Shown: positions 51,097 to 64,000 of the stretch, piece after piece | Layout: every line of letters begins with the position of its first letter | Position numbering within the stretch: the stretch's first letter is position 1 | Source of the DNA: Azolla caroliniana | Lineage: Eukaryota; Plantae; Polypodiophyta | Assembly: GCA_043228905.1 (NCBI GenBank) | Contig: JBHGNT010000128.1 | Span: 1-64,000, forward strand | DNA length: 64,000 bases | Direction: 5' to 3' | The notes under the pieces: model-generated | What the model was told of the DNA's origin: nothing | Database searches by the model: none | The model's input: only the letters and a program-made list of their open reading frames with translations | Position numbers and translations under genes: made by a program

Positions 51097-54000
51097 GAAG
51101 ATAACCATAGTAGCCCCTCGCTATTTATAGCCATAGCCTTCTCCTGCCCTTCTATGTGGGACGCCCAAATATTGCCTGCTCCACTAAATCAGGCACAGAC
51201 CTAACCATTCCATATTCCATACTCATATGTCCCATGGCACATAGATAAAGAGAAAGAAAGAAAGATACATTAACGTCTTTTCTAACACCAAATTATGGCC
51301 CTAGAGAGAATCCTCAACGTGAATTGGGCTATTTTGCCTCACCAAAATAAAACCCAAATGACCCACCCATATATGCCCATATGATGCCGTCCATATGCAT
51401 GTCCATTTACATCTGAACATGCAAAAGATATAAATACGTGTCGAAAGCACTCAGGCATAGAAGAATTGAGATCCTTCAGAAAGGAATAATTCCCTCTATT
51501 GTGGAGAGCATCAAGATTAGCATTAGACAAGAATGCAAGTCAAAGAAAACAATATTGAGGTAAGAACGCTTGGAGCATTTGTATTGTCTGGCTAGTATAA
51601 CTTGAAAAATCGTCGATGATTATTGCTTACCAATTAATAGTGAATTAACACAAGAGCATTTGGCAAGTATGGGGAAAAAACTTGGCTAATTAAAGACTAA
51701 AGATGAGTATATAATAATAATCTTGGAAGAATTAAGCATGGAGAATGAGTTAATAAGAGGATATGTTATAAAAGTATGGTGTTTTCATTCAAAATAAAAG
51801 GCTAGTTCATATAAGAATATTCATTAACAAGAAAGATTAATTAAACACAAATAATGAATTAATTATTGACTAAGATGTTTACTTGAAATGCACAATTGAG
51901 AGTAACTACTTTCAAGCATGACATTCGACACATGATAATATTTGTTTTTCCTTCAGAGCTTCTTATGTCTTCACGTATTTTTTCTTTGTTGTAATAAAAA
52001 AAGCCTACTTGAGATCCATAAAGAGCAACATGTAATAGGAAGTAGAACCATCACAAACAAATACAATTACACCCGAAATCAAACAAAAGAAATGAAAGTA
52101 AACCCTAAATGAAACAGAATTGAGCTTGTGGCCATGTTTGAAATGTCAAAAGCAATCTACTACTTGATTAGGAGGCAAAGGTGATTTCATGCAAGTTATT
52201 TTAGATACAAGCCAAGACTACAACATAAGGATTGCACAATACACCAAAAAATTTATGTGAAAAATCTTTTAAGGGGGATAGAAAACCACGAAACAAAATT
52301 CTAGAAACGAATTACAATCAGTAAATAAAATGGAGTGCATCAATGTCCTTGTCTATATAAAACTCAAATGTTATATAAAATGAATAAATTTTCCTCTAAT
52401 TCTTAAAGCCAACAAAGTAAAAGGTACCACAAAAAACTCATTCCATGCAACTCCTAGTAATGGTGTATCGTGACCAGGAAAGATACGAGACATGAGAACG
52501 TAATAGTTTGTGTTGAGTACATTGTGTGATTGATTTAATAATAAAACAATGTGGCTTTTATGAATAGACTTGTAGGCATCATGATATGCATAAAGAGGTG
52601 CAAAGTGTCATTCAATCATCTATTAGTGTGTTACGTTGATTACATGCCTGTATATCAGCGGATTTTGCCTCCACTTAGATATTGTTGGCCAAGGGGTTCT
52701 ATTCGTCGTATACCCTAATAGTAGTGAATCGTGCAAGAGTTGTTGCCAATCATGCTCGAGTTGTTAGCCATGCAAACCCTAGCCTCATGAACCCTCACTC
52801 TCACCTAACTACGACAAACCTAATTAAGAAGTTAACCTAAACCTTAACCAAGCTTAAATATTAAGTACACACACATCTGAAGTCACAAAATGACACAATA
52901 GTACTCAACCTAACTTGATTAAGAAGGGAAGTCACACGCCAAAAACAAAAGAGGCGTGATTAACATTCAACTAATTAGCACTTAATGTTAATCAGACAAT
53001 TCACAAAGCGAAGGTTGTCAAGGTTGGAGAAGAGGGGGCAATTGTTGAAGAGGGTGTTAGAAGATGGGGAGTGGTGCATTGAAGGTAGTCATGGGTTAAT
53101 TGTTGTGGGGGGAAGGGGATGGATGGATGGAGTGAGGAGGTTGGTGTTTGTGATCGAGCAACTGTGAGCACTAGAGGTGTTGTATGTTGAGGTAGGGGAG
53201 AATAGTGAGAGTTCGGTTAAATGTGTGTTGATCGTGGAGGATTTCATCACCTCAAAGTCTTGTTTGAAGGATGAGGAAAGATTGAGCATGTGGTGCTTAA
53301 TACAATGTTTATTAAGGTTGAAAGTGAGGCTCCAACTAGGTTAGTCATAAGTGCGGAGGTGTTGAGGGTCAAATGGAGAGGCAAAGTGAAGGCAACACCA
53401 AGAACTGAGAGGTTGTATGGGTTTCTAGGTCGAGGATCCCAATGAGAATGTTGATGAGCTCCATCTTGACTCAAATTATCCGAAATGATTTGTTGATGGT
53501 AGCACAAGTGTGATGAAAGTGGATGGAGTGCAACATTATTGAGTGAAGGTGAATGGGCAACCAACACTCACTTAGGGGGTGAATATAGTGAACAAGGATC
53601 TTACATTTATGTGATTTGGTATTTGCAAACCATAGTTGGTTAGGTGGGGGTTAAACATATTGTTCAAATAGTGTAGTCATCTAGGGCGTCACTCACTTCC
53701 CATCTCTCCCATTTCCAATGAACCCTGATCTCACGTTGTGCATTAGTTCTTTTAGAGTCTCACATGGAACTTTGCCCGATTTTGTAGTGGTACTCATTGC
53801 ATATTTAGCCATACAACTCCATTTTGGTCCTTTCCCATCTTCTCTCCTCATATTTGAATCTCTCCCTCCACTTTTGTTCTTACTCATCATCCTACTTGGA
53901 AAAAAATGAAGGCTTGGATATTTAATTATTGTGGCACATAATGAGGTGCCAACTTGTAACTTGTATGTCCTTGACAATTTGCCACTTGAGAGCCTTTTTT

Positions 54001-55615
54001 GAGGAACCATTGCACCTTTGACATTCTGGCAAAACCAGAATGTTTTTATATGTTTTGTAGGTTAGAGGTTGCCAGTTTAGCTCATTGTAATTTTTTATAA
54101 ATTATAGTTGGTGTTATAGATTGTGCGAGTTGAAGGTCAGATCTTAGGACCGAGGGTAACTAGTTTGTTTGATATGGTCGTCTGAAGTCTCAACCAAGCT
54201 TTCCATTCAAGATCATTGATGGTCGAAATTGCATGGCCCCTTGACGCAATCATGCACCTACTCTTATGACAACAAATTTGTCCCAAAAGACATTATTGCT
54301 TTGAGACTTCCGCAAGCAATAACTATAGATGAACAATGGTTTGTCTTGTGGCCATTTTTACTAGGCAGAAGAAAAACATGAGGCAATATGTTGGCTTCCA
54401 CAAGTAGGCATTGTACATGAATAACGGTTTGTCCTATGGCCATTTTTACTAGGAGGGAGAAGAAAAACATGAGGCAATATGTCTAATGTCAAAGGGAAAG
54501 TAAGGTTTCTAATATTAGCTAGTTGCGGTATATTTTTAACAAACTTTTGTTGGTAAAGTTGGGGAGGTCTTGTTTGTCAAAGTTTTTAAGTTTACATGCA
54601 CTTGCTTTTGTGACCTATGCTATTATATAGGGACCCTCTCCCACAAGTTTGAGTTTCTCCTTATGACACTTTGAGGAGACCACAAGGGTTATGTACCTTT
54701 CCTCTAGGTCTTTGTCCTTGATCTTGTTATTGAACTAGACTTTACTTCTTGGATGACTATCTGTAGATTAGATATGATGAACTCCATTGGCACAATGGTG
54801 TCTTGCTCGTAGACTAGCCAAAATGGTGTGTCATGTGCCTACTTGATAGGAAGTTCAAAAACAAAATAGTGCCACACGTATCTATTGGCTATAATATGAT
54901 CTTGATAATGATGACTATTTTTATAAGGACACTAAAAAATATCTTCTCAGAGCTATCTCTCCACTTGGCCAGGACATCTATGGTGGTACGGGGAGCTCGT
55001 TCGATGCTTGCCTAAAAGGCGAACCATGACATCATTAAGGTGATGAGAACATCAATTGCTTCCAAACCTCTAGTTCACATTCACATTCTCATATAGGAAT
55101 TTGGTTCGACAATATTACAAGCATAATATGTTAGTCGATAAACACATCATATGTCTCAGTCAAAAACATGGAGCTCTTTTTTGTCGCATGATAGTTAATC
55201 CCATAGTACGTAAAATTCGTGTTCGTCTGCCATATCATTCGTTTTCATACGTTGGAAAACGAACACGAATGATATTCAAATATTCGTGTCTTTTTTTTTT
55301 TCATTTTTTTCATTTTTTTTCATTTTTTTTTCATTTTTTTTCAAATTTTCCCTCTTTTCTCCCTTTTCCTCTGCACTAACGTTACGCTCTTTTCTCCTCT
55401 ACAACCTAGCCTCAAACGATTTGCGATTCTGCAGAGTGCATTCAACCTTCAGGTATATTTAGTGTAGAAATATGGTTTTAATTTCAGTGATGAAATTTCT
55501 GTGCTGAAAAATCAGAAATTTCTGTGCTAAAAAATAAGAAATTTCTGTGCTAAAAAATCAGAAATTTCATCACGAAATTTCAGAAATTTCATCACTGATG
55601 CATACTTCATTGTTG

Positions 55616-56204
55616 CACCACATTGTTGCATACTTCATTAATATGGACAATTATTGGATTAAAAAGCATAGACAAAACTAATGCTCATATTGTCGTAAGC
55701 ATTGAAGGATTAACCATAGTATGAACCATGCGTACCATTCGTGCATTCGTGTTCGAGAATGATTCAAACATTCGAGAATGATAAACACTCTCGAAGAATG
55801 ATAAATACCATACTTTTGGATAAATGGTTTACTATAAGGTAAACATTTTTTCATCACAAAAATTTCAGAAATTTCAGAAATTTCAATCAAAATTTCTGAA
55901 ATTTCAGTGATGAAATTTCATCTTTCAGAAATTTCGTGATGAAATTTCATCACAGAAATTTCGTGATGAAAAAATGTTTACCTTATAGTAAACCATTTAT
56001 CCAAAAGTATGGTATTTATCATTCTTCGAGAGTGTTTATCATTCTCGAATGATTGAATCATTCTCGAGCACGAATGCACGAATGGTACGCATGGTTCATA
56101 CTATGGTTAATCCTTCAATGCTTACGACAATATGAGCATTAGTTTTGTCTATGCTTTTTAATCCAATAATTGTCCATATTAATGAAGTATGCAACAATGT
56201 GGTG
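55616..56204. repeat. Long near-perfect inverted repeat (arms ~250 bp, spacer of GAAATTTC repeats)
   Basis: CACCACATTGTTGCATACTTCATTAATATGG... at 55616 is the reverse complement of ...CCATATTAATGAAGTATGCAACAATGTGGTG ending at 56204. Confidence 0.93.
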
Positions 56205-57100
56205 GGATCTACCCTTCAATCTTGTTAAGTGCACAAATTTGTTCAAGGAATCAATTCCACACTTACAACATTTGCTGGTACTAGGGTGTTGAGGATAACC
56301 TTAACCTTGTATGGTTGCGTTTCGTGAAGTTTTGGCAAAGGAGCCATCTAGTTCAAATAGTTAAAGTACGTTCAAGTGAGTTGTGCTTCTATATATTTTT
56401 CTTGATATAATACCATTAGGTTCAAATATTCATCAATTGCATTGAACACCATTAAATTGCCAAGAAATGTTGCAAAATTTTTAGAAACCAGTCCAAGTCA
56501 TTGTCCTACTATTGGCAATTCTTTGCGGGACAAACAAATCCCATTCCTTAATCATGTATGGGAATCACATGAGTGGCACATCTGGTTGCTGTCTAGGAAG
56601 TGCAAAGGTATCTGGTTGTACGCGCATAATGCATCGGTGTTCCCTTCTCATGCTATTGTACAACTCTTGTAACCATCACCATCAATGCCTAGTTGATACG
56701 TTACAACCTTGGTCTCCAATAACTGTATTTAGCATACATATGTATAAAAAGGAAAATCGAGGTGAGCTGGGTGTGTATGAGGTGTGATATTTCTATATAC
56801 ATATAGATAGGAACCAAGATCCAAGAAGTGAAGTGGCTAAGTACCGAGCGAGGTTGATAGATTGTACACGCACGCACTCACCCACCCACAAATAATAATG
56901 GGGTATTATAGATTGATTGCGTACAAGAGGAGGGAATGGGATGGTTGGTTAGTAGGAAGGAGTGTGCGTGTCGTCATAGTGAGAAATTAGAATAAATACA
57001 AGAAACACAGCATTGTGAAAGATTAGATTCGAATTATCCCACATAGAGAGGCGACATAGAGAGTTGTGTATAAAATGAAAGCGCTTAGGAAAGGTAGAAC

Positions 57101-57261
57101 ATACTTACCTGGGCGGGGTCGATCGGTGATCATGAAGGCCGATGGCTTAGGGCCGGCGCCTCCATTGCACTATCGGAGGGGCTGTTCGCCCTAGCATCTC
57201 CCCAAGCGGGAGAGTGCACGTCATAATTTGTGGCAGCGGGGGCTCGCGTTCGCGCGGCCCC
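57101..57261 (+). ncRNA. U1: U1 snRNA gene (block type B, copy 2)
   Basis: ATACTTACCTGG; loop I GATCATGAAG; USE 57037-57046, TATA from 57069. Confidence 0.97.
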
Positions 57262-58310
57262 CTTCTCAATTCAAATTAATGTAACACAGCAATACTAGAC
57301 ACACTCTATCATAAGAATAGTTGGTTGATCAAACCATCTCTACTATATTTCTAAAAAGCAAACCTGTTTTTATGGTGCATGATTTCATTATAATCCGCCT
57401 CCTATCCTATCGTGCTCATTGAATCTCTGCAAAAGCATTTACAGTATGTGGTCAATTAGCCATATAGAAATATTTTTATTAAAACCTGTAAGCCATGATT
57501 TCACTAAATCACTGTTCTCAATGCGGAATGCTATATAACAAGTGTGGGATTTCAAGTCTAGTTCTCACTTTTGCCGTGTGAGCCACGAGCAGGAAATGGT
57601 ATGAAATAGTAGAGGCATGAGCCAAGGTTGTCAGATCTAATATATATGAGTCACTAGTCTACTTTCCTCTGATGTATGGCTGGCGTCTTCTCCTTAACTC
57701 CGAACGTGGTTCAAATCTGTCTTAAAGCGTCCAATAATGTCCAAGAAAAACGGATCCTCTACGGTATGTAATAAGAACTATCAATAATAGAAAAAATTGC
57801 GTTTTGTTACCTCTTGTGAGGCAGGAATGGAATGAAGTCGAAGAGGTATGTGCCAATTCGGTCAGATGCATAAATCTGTTGGCCCAAGCGTATATCCTGG
57901 TTCCATGTGCACATCTATTGAAAGGTTTGTTGTTTGTATGCCATAAACTATTAGTCGCATTTTCGATTTAAATTGAAGAGTGCGCATTATACGGTTCTAC
58001 GTCACGACGCGCATGGTTTCTCTCTAGCCGTTGTACTTAAATTAATTACGAGAAGGAGAAGGTAGGCGAGGTTGGAGCGTGTGATGTGTGATCTATAGAT
58101 ATGAACGGAAACGTGAAGGGGCTAAACATGGACGAGGTTAAAGTGAACCACCAATAGTGAGTGGGTAGATTGACGTGAGAGGATGGTGGCGCGATGACGG
58201 TTGTGCGTGCGTGCCATGGTGAATACACAGACGCAAGATAAGAACGTCCCACATAGAGAGGATGCAGAGCAAGGGGGCTATAAAACGAGAGCGTTGCGCT
58301 AAGCCAAAAC

Positions 58311-58471
58311 ATACTTACCTGGGCGGGGTCAATCGGTGATCAAGAAGGCCGATGGCTTAGGGCCGGTGCCTCCATTGCACCACCGGAGGGACTGCTTGCC
58401 CTAGCATCTCCCCAAGCGGGAGAGTGCACGTCATAATTTGTGACAGCAGGGGCTCGCGTTCGCGCGGCCCC
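58311..58471 (+). ncRNA. U1: U1 snRNA gene (array type)
   Basis: Matches the array 1 U1, with promoter. Confidence 0.97.
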
Positions 58472-59290
58472 CATCTCAATCCAGTGATATCAAGTCGTCC
58501 ACGTTTGGCGGAAGCATTGGTCGCTCATGGCGGATTCGTCTCAAATGATGCGCTTATGCTTGATCGTCAAGTTGGCCATGTTTGGCGGAAGCGTCGGTTG
58601 CGCTAAGGGTCCCTCGGCATTTTGCTTGGCGGAAGCATCTTATTTTTTGGTGGCTTCCCTCGGCCATGCATATTATGCAAAATGATTTGGCGGAAGCACA
58701 ATATGGTTTCGGACACCAACACAACACCGATTTCCACTACCCTGAGAAACGAGAGGAGTATAAAGAACCATCGAGCGGGGATATACACGTATAGGATATA
58801 CACGTGTCATAGGCCGGAGGTGGCACATGGCGTACCCATGGTAAGAGTGAAGAGAATTCTGAGTGGATACACGCGACGAGCTGCACATGCGTCGATGTAA
58901 AATCTAGTTCACTTCTCTGCCTTGGACCATGAGAGACCACATACGTACGCCTAACGACCATAGGCGGACTCCCGCCGCATCCTCCATTTATCTTCTCTCC
59001 CATTCCAATAGTTCTTCTTTAAAGCCCGGGCATCGGTTTGGCTCGTCTCTCTGCTCGATTCATGGACGTTCACCACGCGTTGAAAGCCTTCCGTTCTAGT
59101 ACCTAAAGAAATGTGGGAAAAGATAGATGCATTTATCTAGAACGTTCATCCGCGTGACATCGTCCTTTAGATTATATCATTAGAAGCGGGACGCGCCTAT
59201 GGAACATCTTCCTTCATTTTTATTATCATTGTAGAATGAGGGCGCGCCTATGTAACATCTTCCTTCATTTTTATTATCATTGTAGAATGA

Positions 59291-59494
59291 GGGCGCGCCT
59301 ATGTGACCTCAACATCAGTGCAAGGCTGAGGCGACGCACGCAACTCCCAAATGCAGCAAGCTGCCTTGAGCGAGAGCTGCCCCCATGAAAGAAATTAGGT
59401 TAATATCGTGCGGCCTGATAGGCCGCGTATCAGATATTAAACTGATAAGAACAGATACTACACTTGATCTTAGCCAAAAGGCCGAGAAAGGTAT
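59291..59494 (-). ncRNA. U2: U2 snRNA gene (array type)
   Basis: Matches the array 1 U2, with promoter. Confidence 0.97.
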
Positions 59495-61635
59495 GAGTTC
59501 TCTTGAAGAACCGATTTGCTTCTTATAGGCTGCACCCTAACATGCCTCACCATGTGGGATATACGTTATATAATCATCTCAACATTTAAGGCAAACTTTT
59601 GTCCTCTCATTGCATCGAAACCACCTTGGCCGATCGTGGGGACCACATTTGTTGTTGTTTGGTTGTAGCCACCCTATTATCCATCCCTATACCAAGTCGG
59701 GATATACATACTCTCCCATCGCCAAGTGCACCTTATAGGTGCGATTCGTTATTGGTGGTTATAAGCCCCCATATCTGAACCAAACGAACGTTCACGAAAT
59801 CGTGTGAGCTTCCCGAATCGAGCGAGAATTGTAATGGAGATCCACCCGTCTGCACGTAGTAAATCATTAGGCCCCACTGCATGTCGAGGGAAAGAGAATT
59901 TACAATTACTTGAACGACCGGCGCGCGTAAACCTCAAGGAAATATGTTCCGCATCGTTGCATCTAGGTAACTACGTTTTCACGTTACCCAACCTCGAGTC
60001 TCGTCATGACAATGGCACACACTAATGAGCAACCTAATGGCCACGCCGACACGCGCCCTCTTCTCCGCATTGAAGCTAGTGTGGCCCGTCACATGGTTAT
60101 CTCATGACCAATGCGTTTCACAATGATGGTCTCGTGACGCCCCCCTAATCAAGTAACGAACGCGGGAGACTCGGTGCGGGATTCGTAAGGGCGACCCAAT
60201 GAGAAGTGGGTCTAACCCTAATTCCCCTTAAATGGGCGGGGAATGGGCAAGACACCATGATCCAAGGCAACATACACCGACCGTGGCCATGCTTTGCGCA
60301 ATTTTTACATATGGCACAATCGGGGCGACCGAGGGTAGTAGCACTAATTTCGTTAAATAAGGATGGTCACCGCACCTTCCCCACAGAAATGCGAGGGTGG
60401 GCACCGCGACCCTAAACCCCGAAACACACACCATCATGCATATGATACCGATATCGTATAACAAATTCTGAACATGCACACTACATGTCTAGGACATGTA
60501 TAACATCGCATAGGCATACACGCGATCCCATCCACATGCATACATAAACGGATCTTAAACAAAGACGCAATCCAATGACGATGCAATCGAGACGCGTAAT
60601 AAACGCCTTTGGGCTCTACGGACACTCGGCGACCGGAGGGGTATATGAAACATGAGGTTTGAGGCATTGACCTGATACACGCATGAGACAACATCTCCTA
60701 TCAAACATGTACTATATGGATTTCGAATAACGGAGTAGATAGTGTAATGCGTAATGTAGGCGTAAACCTCACAAGCAATACATTTAACACGCATACGATT
60801 TATACGACGCATAAAGTATGACCAAGGCAACATGATCTAACGATCTATACGTTAAAATAATGGCTTCAACATGTACACGCAAGGGAGAAGAAATAATGTA
60901 GAAGACGATAAAGCACATGATTCAGAAGAACAACCCTGATGTAGCTCAAGGGTTGCGTTGTTGCTATTTCCGTGCTTCGTCTTATGTTTCCTCCGGGCTT
61001 GCAACGCACGACTTGAAGTTCTTGCTCCCGACGTTCCGAACTTTTAGAAAGCGTTGTATCTCCTCCTCATATCTGCGCAATTTGTGCGCTTGGGAGACGG
61101 GAAGTGATTCTCAAAATTGACTGATGTGAGACATGCGCCTCATCCTCCTCACGTTCTTCGGGTGTCGACGGGGATTGCACAAGCGACGCACGCGTGGATT
61201 CACGTCTCGGCCAGTGCTCAAGGATTGTGCGAGCGTGTTGGTTGTACATGGACATCGCATCGGTGTTTCCCTCCTTTGTTATTCTACAGCTTCGGCAACC
61301 CATGGCCATTGACGCACGGTTCTACGTCACGACGCGCATGGTTTCTCTCTAGCCGTTGTACTTAAATTAATTACGAGAAGGAGAAGGTAGGCGAGGTTGG
61401 AGCGTGTGATGTGTGATCTATAGATATGAACGGAAACGTGAAGGGGCTAAACATGGACGAGGTTAAAGTGAACCACCAATAGTGAGTGGGTAGATTGACG
61501 TGAGAGGATGGTGGCGCGATGACGGTTGTGCGTGCGTGCCATGGTGAATACACAGACGCAAGATAAGAACGTCCCACATAGAGAGGATGCAGAGCAAGGG
61601 GGCTATAAAACGAGAGCGTTGCGCTAAGCCAAAAC

Positions 61636-61796
61636 ATACTTACCTGGGCGGGGTCAATCGGTGATCAAGAAGGCCGATGGCTTAGGGCCGGTGCCTCCAT
61701 TGCACCACCGGAGGGACTGCTTGCCCTAGCATCTCCCCAAGCGGGAGAGTGCACGTCATAATTTGTGACAGCAGGGGCTCGCGTTCGCGCGGCCCC
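61636..61796 (+). ncRNA. U1: U1 snRNA gene (array type)
   Basis: Array 2 copy at +3325. Confidence 0.97.
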
Positions 61797-62615
61797 CATC
61801 TCAATCCAGTGATATCAAGTCGTCCACGTTTGGCGGAAGCATTGGTCGCTCATGGCGGATTCGTCTCAAATGATGCGCTTATGCTTGATCGTCAAGTTGG
61901 CCATGTTTGGCGGAAGCGTCGGTTGCGCTAAGGGTCCCTCGGCATTTTGCTTGGCGGAAGCATCTTATTTTTTGGTGGCTTCCCTCGGCCATGCATATTA
62001 TGCAAAATGATTTGGCGGAAGCACAATATGGTTTCGGACACCAACACAACACCGATTTCCACTACCCTGAGAAACGAGAGGAGTATAAAGAACCATCGAG
62101 CGGGGATATACACGTATAGGATATACACGTGTCATAGGCCGGAGGTGGCACATGGCGTACCCATGGTAAGAGTGAAGAGAATTCTGAGTGGATACACGCG
62201 ACGAGCTGCACATGCGTCGATGTAAAATCTAGTTCACTTCTCTGCCTTGGACCATGAGAGACCACATACGTACGCCTAACGACCATAGGCGGACTCCCGC
62301 CGCATCCTCCATTTATCTTCTCTCCCATTCCAATAGTTCTTCTTTATAGCCCGGGCATCGGTTTGGCTCGTCTCTCTGCTCGATTCATGGACGTTCACCA
62401 CGCGTTGAAAGCCTTCCGTTCTAGTACCTAAAGAAATGTGGGAAAAGATAGATGCATTTATCTAGAACGTTCATCCGCGTGACATCGTCCTTTAGATTAT
62501 ATCATTAGAAGCGGGACGCGCCTATGGAACATCTTCCTTCATTTTTATTATCATTGTAGAATGAGGGCGCGCCTATGTAACATCTTCCTTCATTTTTATT
62601 ATCATTGTAGAATGA

Positions 62616-62819
62616 GGGCGCGCCTATGTGACCTCAACATCAGTGCAAGGCTGAGGCGACGCACGCAACTCCCAAATGCAGCAAGCTGCCTTGAGCGAGA
62701 GCTGCCCCCATGAAAGAAATTAGGTTAATATCGTGCGGCCTGATAGGCCGCGTATCAGATATTAAACTGATAAGAACAGATACTACACTTGATCTTAGCC
62801 AAAAGGCCGAGAAAGGTAT
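62616..62819 (-). ncRNA. U2: U2 snRNA gene (array type)
   Basis: Array 2 copy at +3325. Confidence 0.97.
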
Positions 62820-64000
62820 GAGTTCTCTTGAAGAACCGATTTGCTTCTTATAGGCTGCACCCTAACATGCCTCACCATGTGGGATATACGTTATATAATC
62901 ATCTCAACATTTAAGGCAAACTTTTGTCCTCTCATTGCATCGAAACCACCTTGGCCGATCGTGGGGACCACATTTGTTGTTGTTTGGTTGTAGCCACCCT
63001 ATTATCCATCCCTATACCAAGTCGGGATATACATACTCTCCCATCGCCAAGTGCACCTTATAGGTGCGATTCGTTATTGGTGGTTATAAGCCCCCATATC
63101 TGAACCAAACGAACGTTCACGAAATCGTGTGAGCTTCCCGAATCGAGCGAGAATTGTAATGGAGATCCACCCGTCTGCACGTAGTAAATCATTAGGCCCC
63201 ACTGCATGTCGAGGGAAAGAGAATTTACAATTACTTGAACGACCGGCGCGCGTAAACCTCAAGGAAATATGTTCCGCATCGTTGCATCTAGGTAACTACG
63301 TTTTCACGTTACCCAACCTCGAGTCTCGTCATGACAATGGCACACACTAATGAGCAACCTAATGGCCACGCCGACACGCGCCCTCTTCTCCGCATTGAAG
63401 CTAGTGTGGCCCGTCACATGGTTATCTCATGACCAATGCGTTTCACAATGATGGTCTCGTGACGCCCCCCTAATCAAGTAACGAACGCGGGAGACTCGGT
63501 GCGGGATTCGTAAGGGCGACCCAATGAGAAGTGGGTCTAACCCTAATTCCCCTTAAATGGGCGGGGAATGGGCAAGACACCATGATCCAAGGCAACATAC
63601 ACCGACCGTGGCCATGCTTTGCGCAATTTTTACATATGGCACAATCGGGGCGACCGAGGGTAGTAGCACTAATTTCGTTAAATAAGGATGGTCACCGCAC
63701 CTTCCCCACAGAAATGCGAGGGTGGGCACCGCGACCCTAAACCCCGAAACACACACCATCATGCATATGATACCGATATCGTATAACAAATTCTGAACAT
63801 GCACACTACATGTCTAGGACATGTATAACATCGCATAGGCATACACGCGATCCCATCCACATGCATACATAAACGGATCTTAAACAAAGACGCAATCCAA
63901 TGACGATGCAATCGAGACGCGTAATAAACGCCTTTGGGCTCTACGGACACTCGGCGACCGGAGGGGTATATGAAACATGAGGTTTGAGGCATTGACCTGA

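Larger units (their letters stand above)
44045..58017 (+). repeat. Segmental duplication, copy 2
   Basis: Colinear with 1-13682; lacks ~6760-7150 and the 176-bp duplication, but has ~1.07 kb extra at 55125-56194. Confidence 0.95.
57991..64000 (+). repeat. Tandem array 2 of the U1/U2 unit (3325-bp period), continues beyond the window
   Basis: ORFs recur at +3325 (58424/61749, 59749/63074); 2-bp insertion ATTATATCAT vs ATTATCAT relative to array 1. Confidence 0.97.

Noticed and set aside
1-64000. U5, U6, U3, 5S rRNA or intact tRNA genes expected in such a cluster
   Set aside because: No diagnostic sequences found by eye; a covariance-model scan would be needed to exclude divergent copies.

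Overview
Land-plant nuclear DNA with no host protein-coding gene. The window is a spliceosomal snRNA gene cluster: I count 21 genes (10 U1, 9 U2, 2 U4), each with a plant-type USE (TCCCACAT) and a TATA box. Layout: (i) a ~13.7 kb block carrying U2(+), U1(-), U4(-) and U1(+) at 1-13.7 kb; (ii) a near-perfect tandem array of a 3323-bp unit with a convergent U1/U2 pair (13.66-27.56 kb); (iii) a ~16 kb island of nested Ty1/copia LTR retrotransposons (27.56-43.4 kb), including one full-length element with TSD, PBS and PPT and three solo LTRs; (iv) a second, diverged copy of the block (44.05-58.0 kb) followed by a second array of 3325-bp units running off the window end. The most unusual signals: all five promoter types have a 22-bp USE-TATA gap (the Pol III-like spacing of angiosperms, on genes that are normally Pol II); U1 and U2 are co-amplified in a concertedly evolving array; every U2 has a non-canonical Sm-site region; the U2 3' end is triplicated; and there are footprints of gene conversion, templated-insertion repair and palindrome-associated deletion. 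Nearly all short ORFs in the track are spurious. Coordinates and identities were read by eye.
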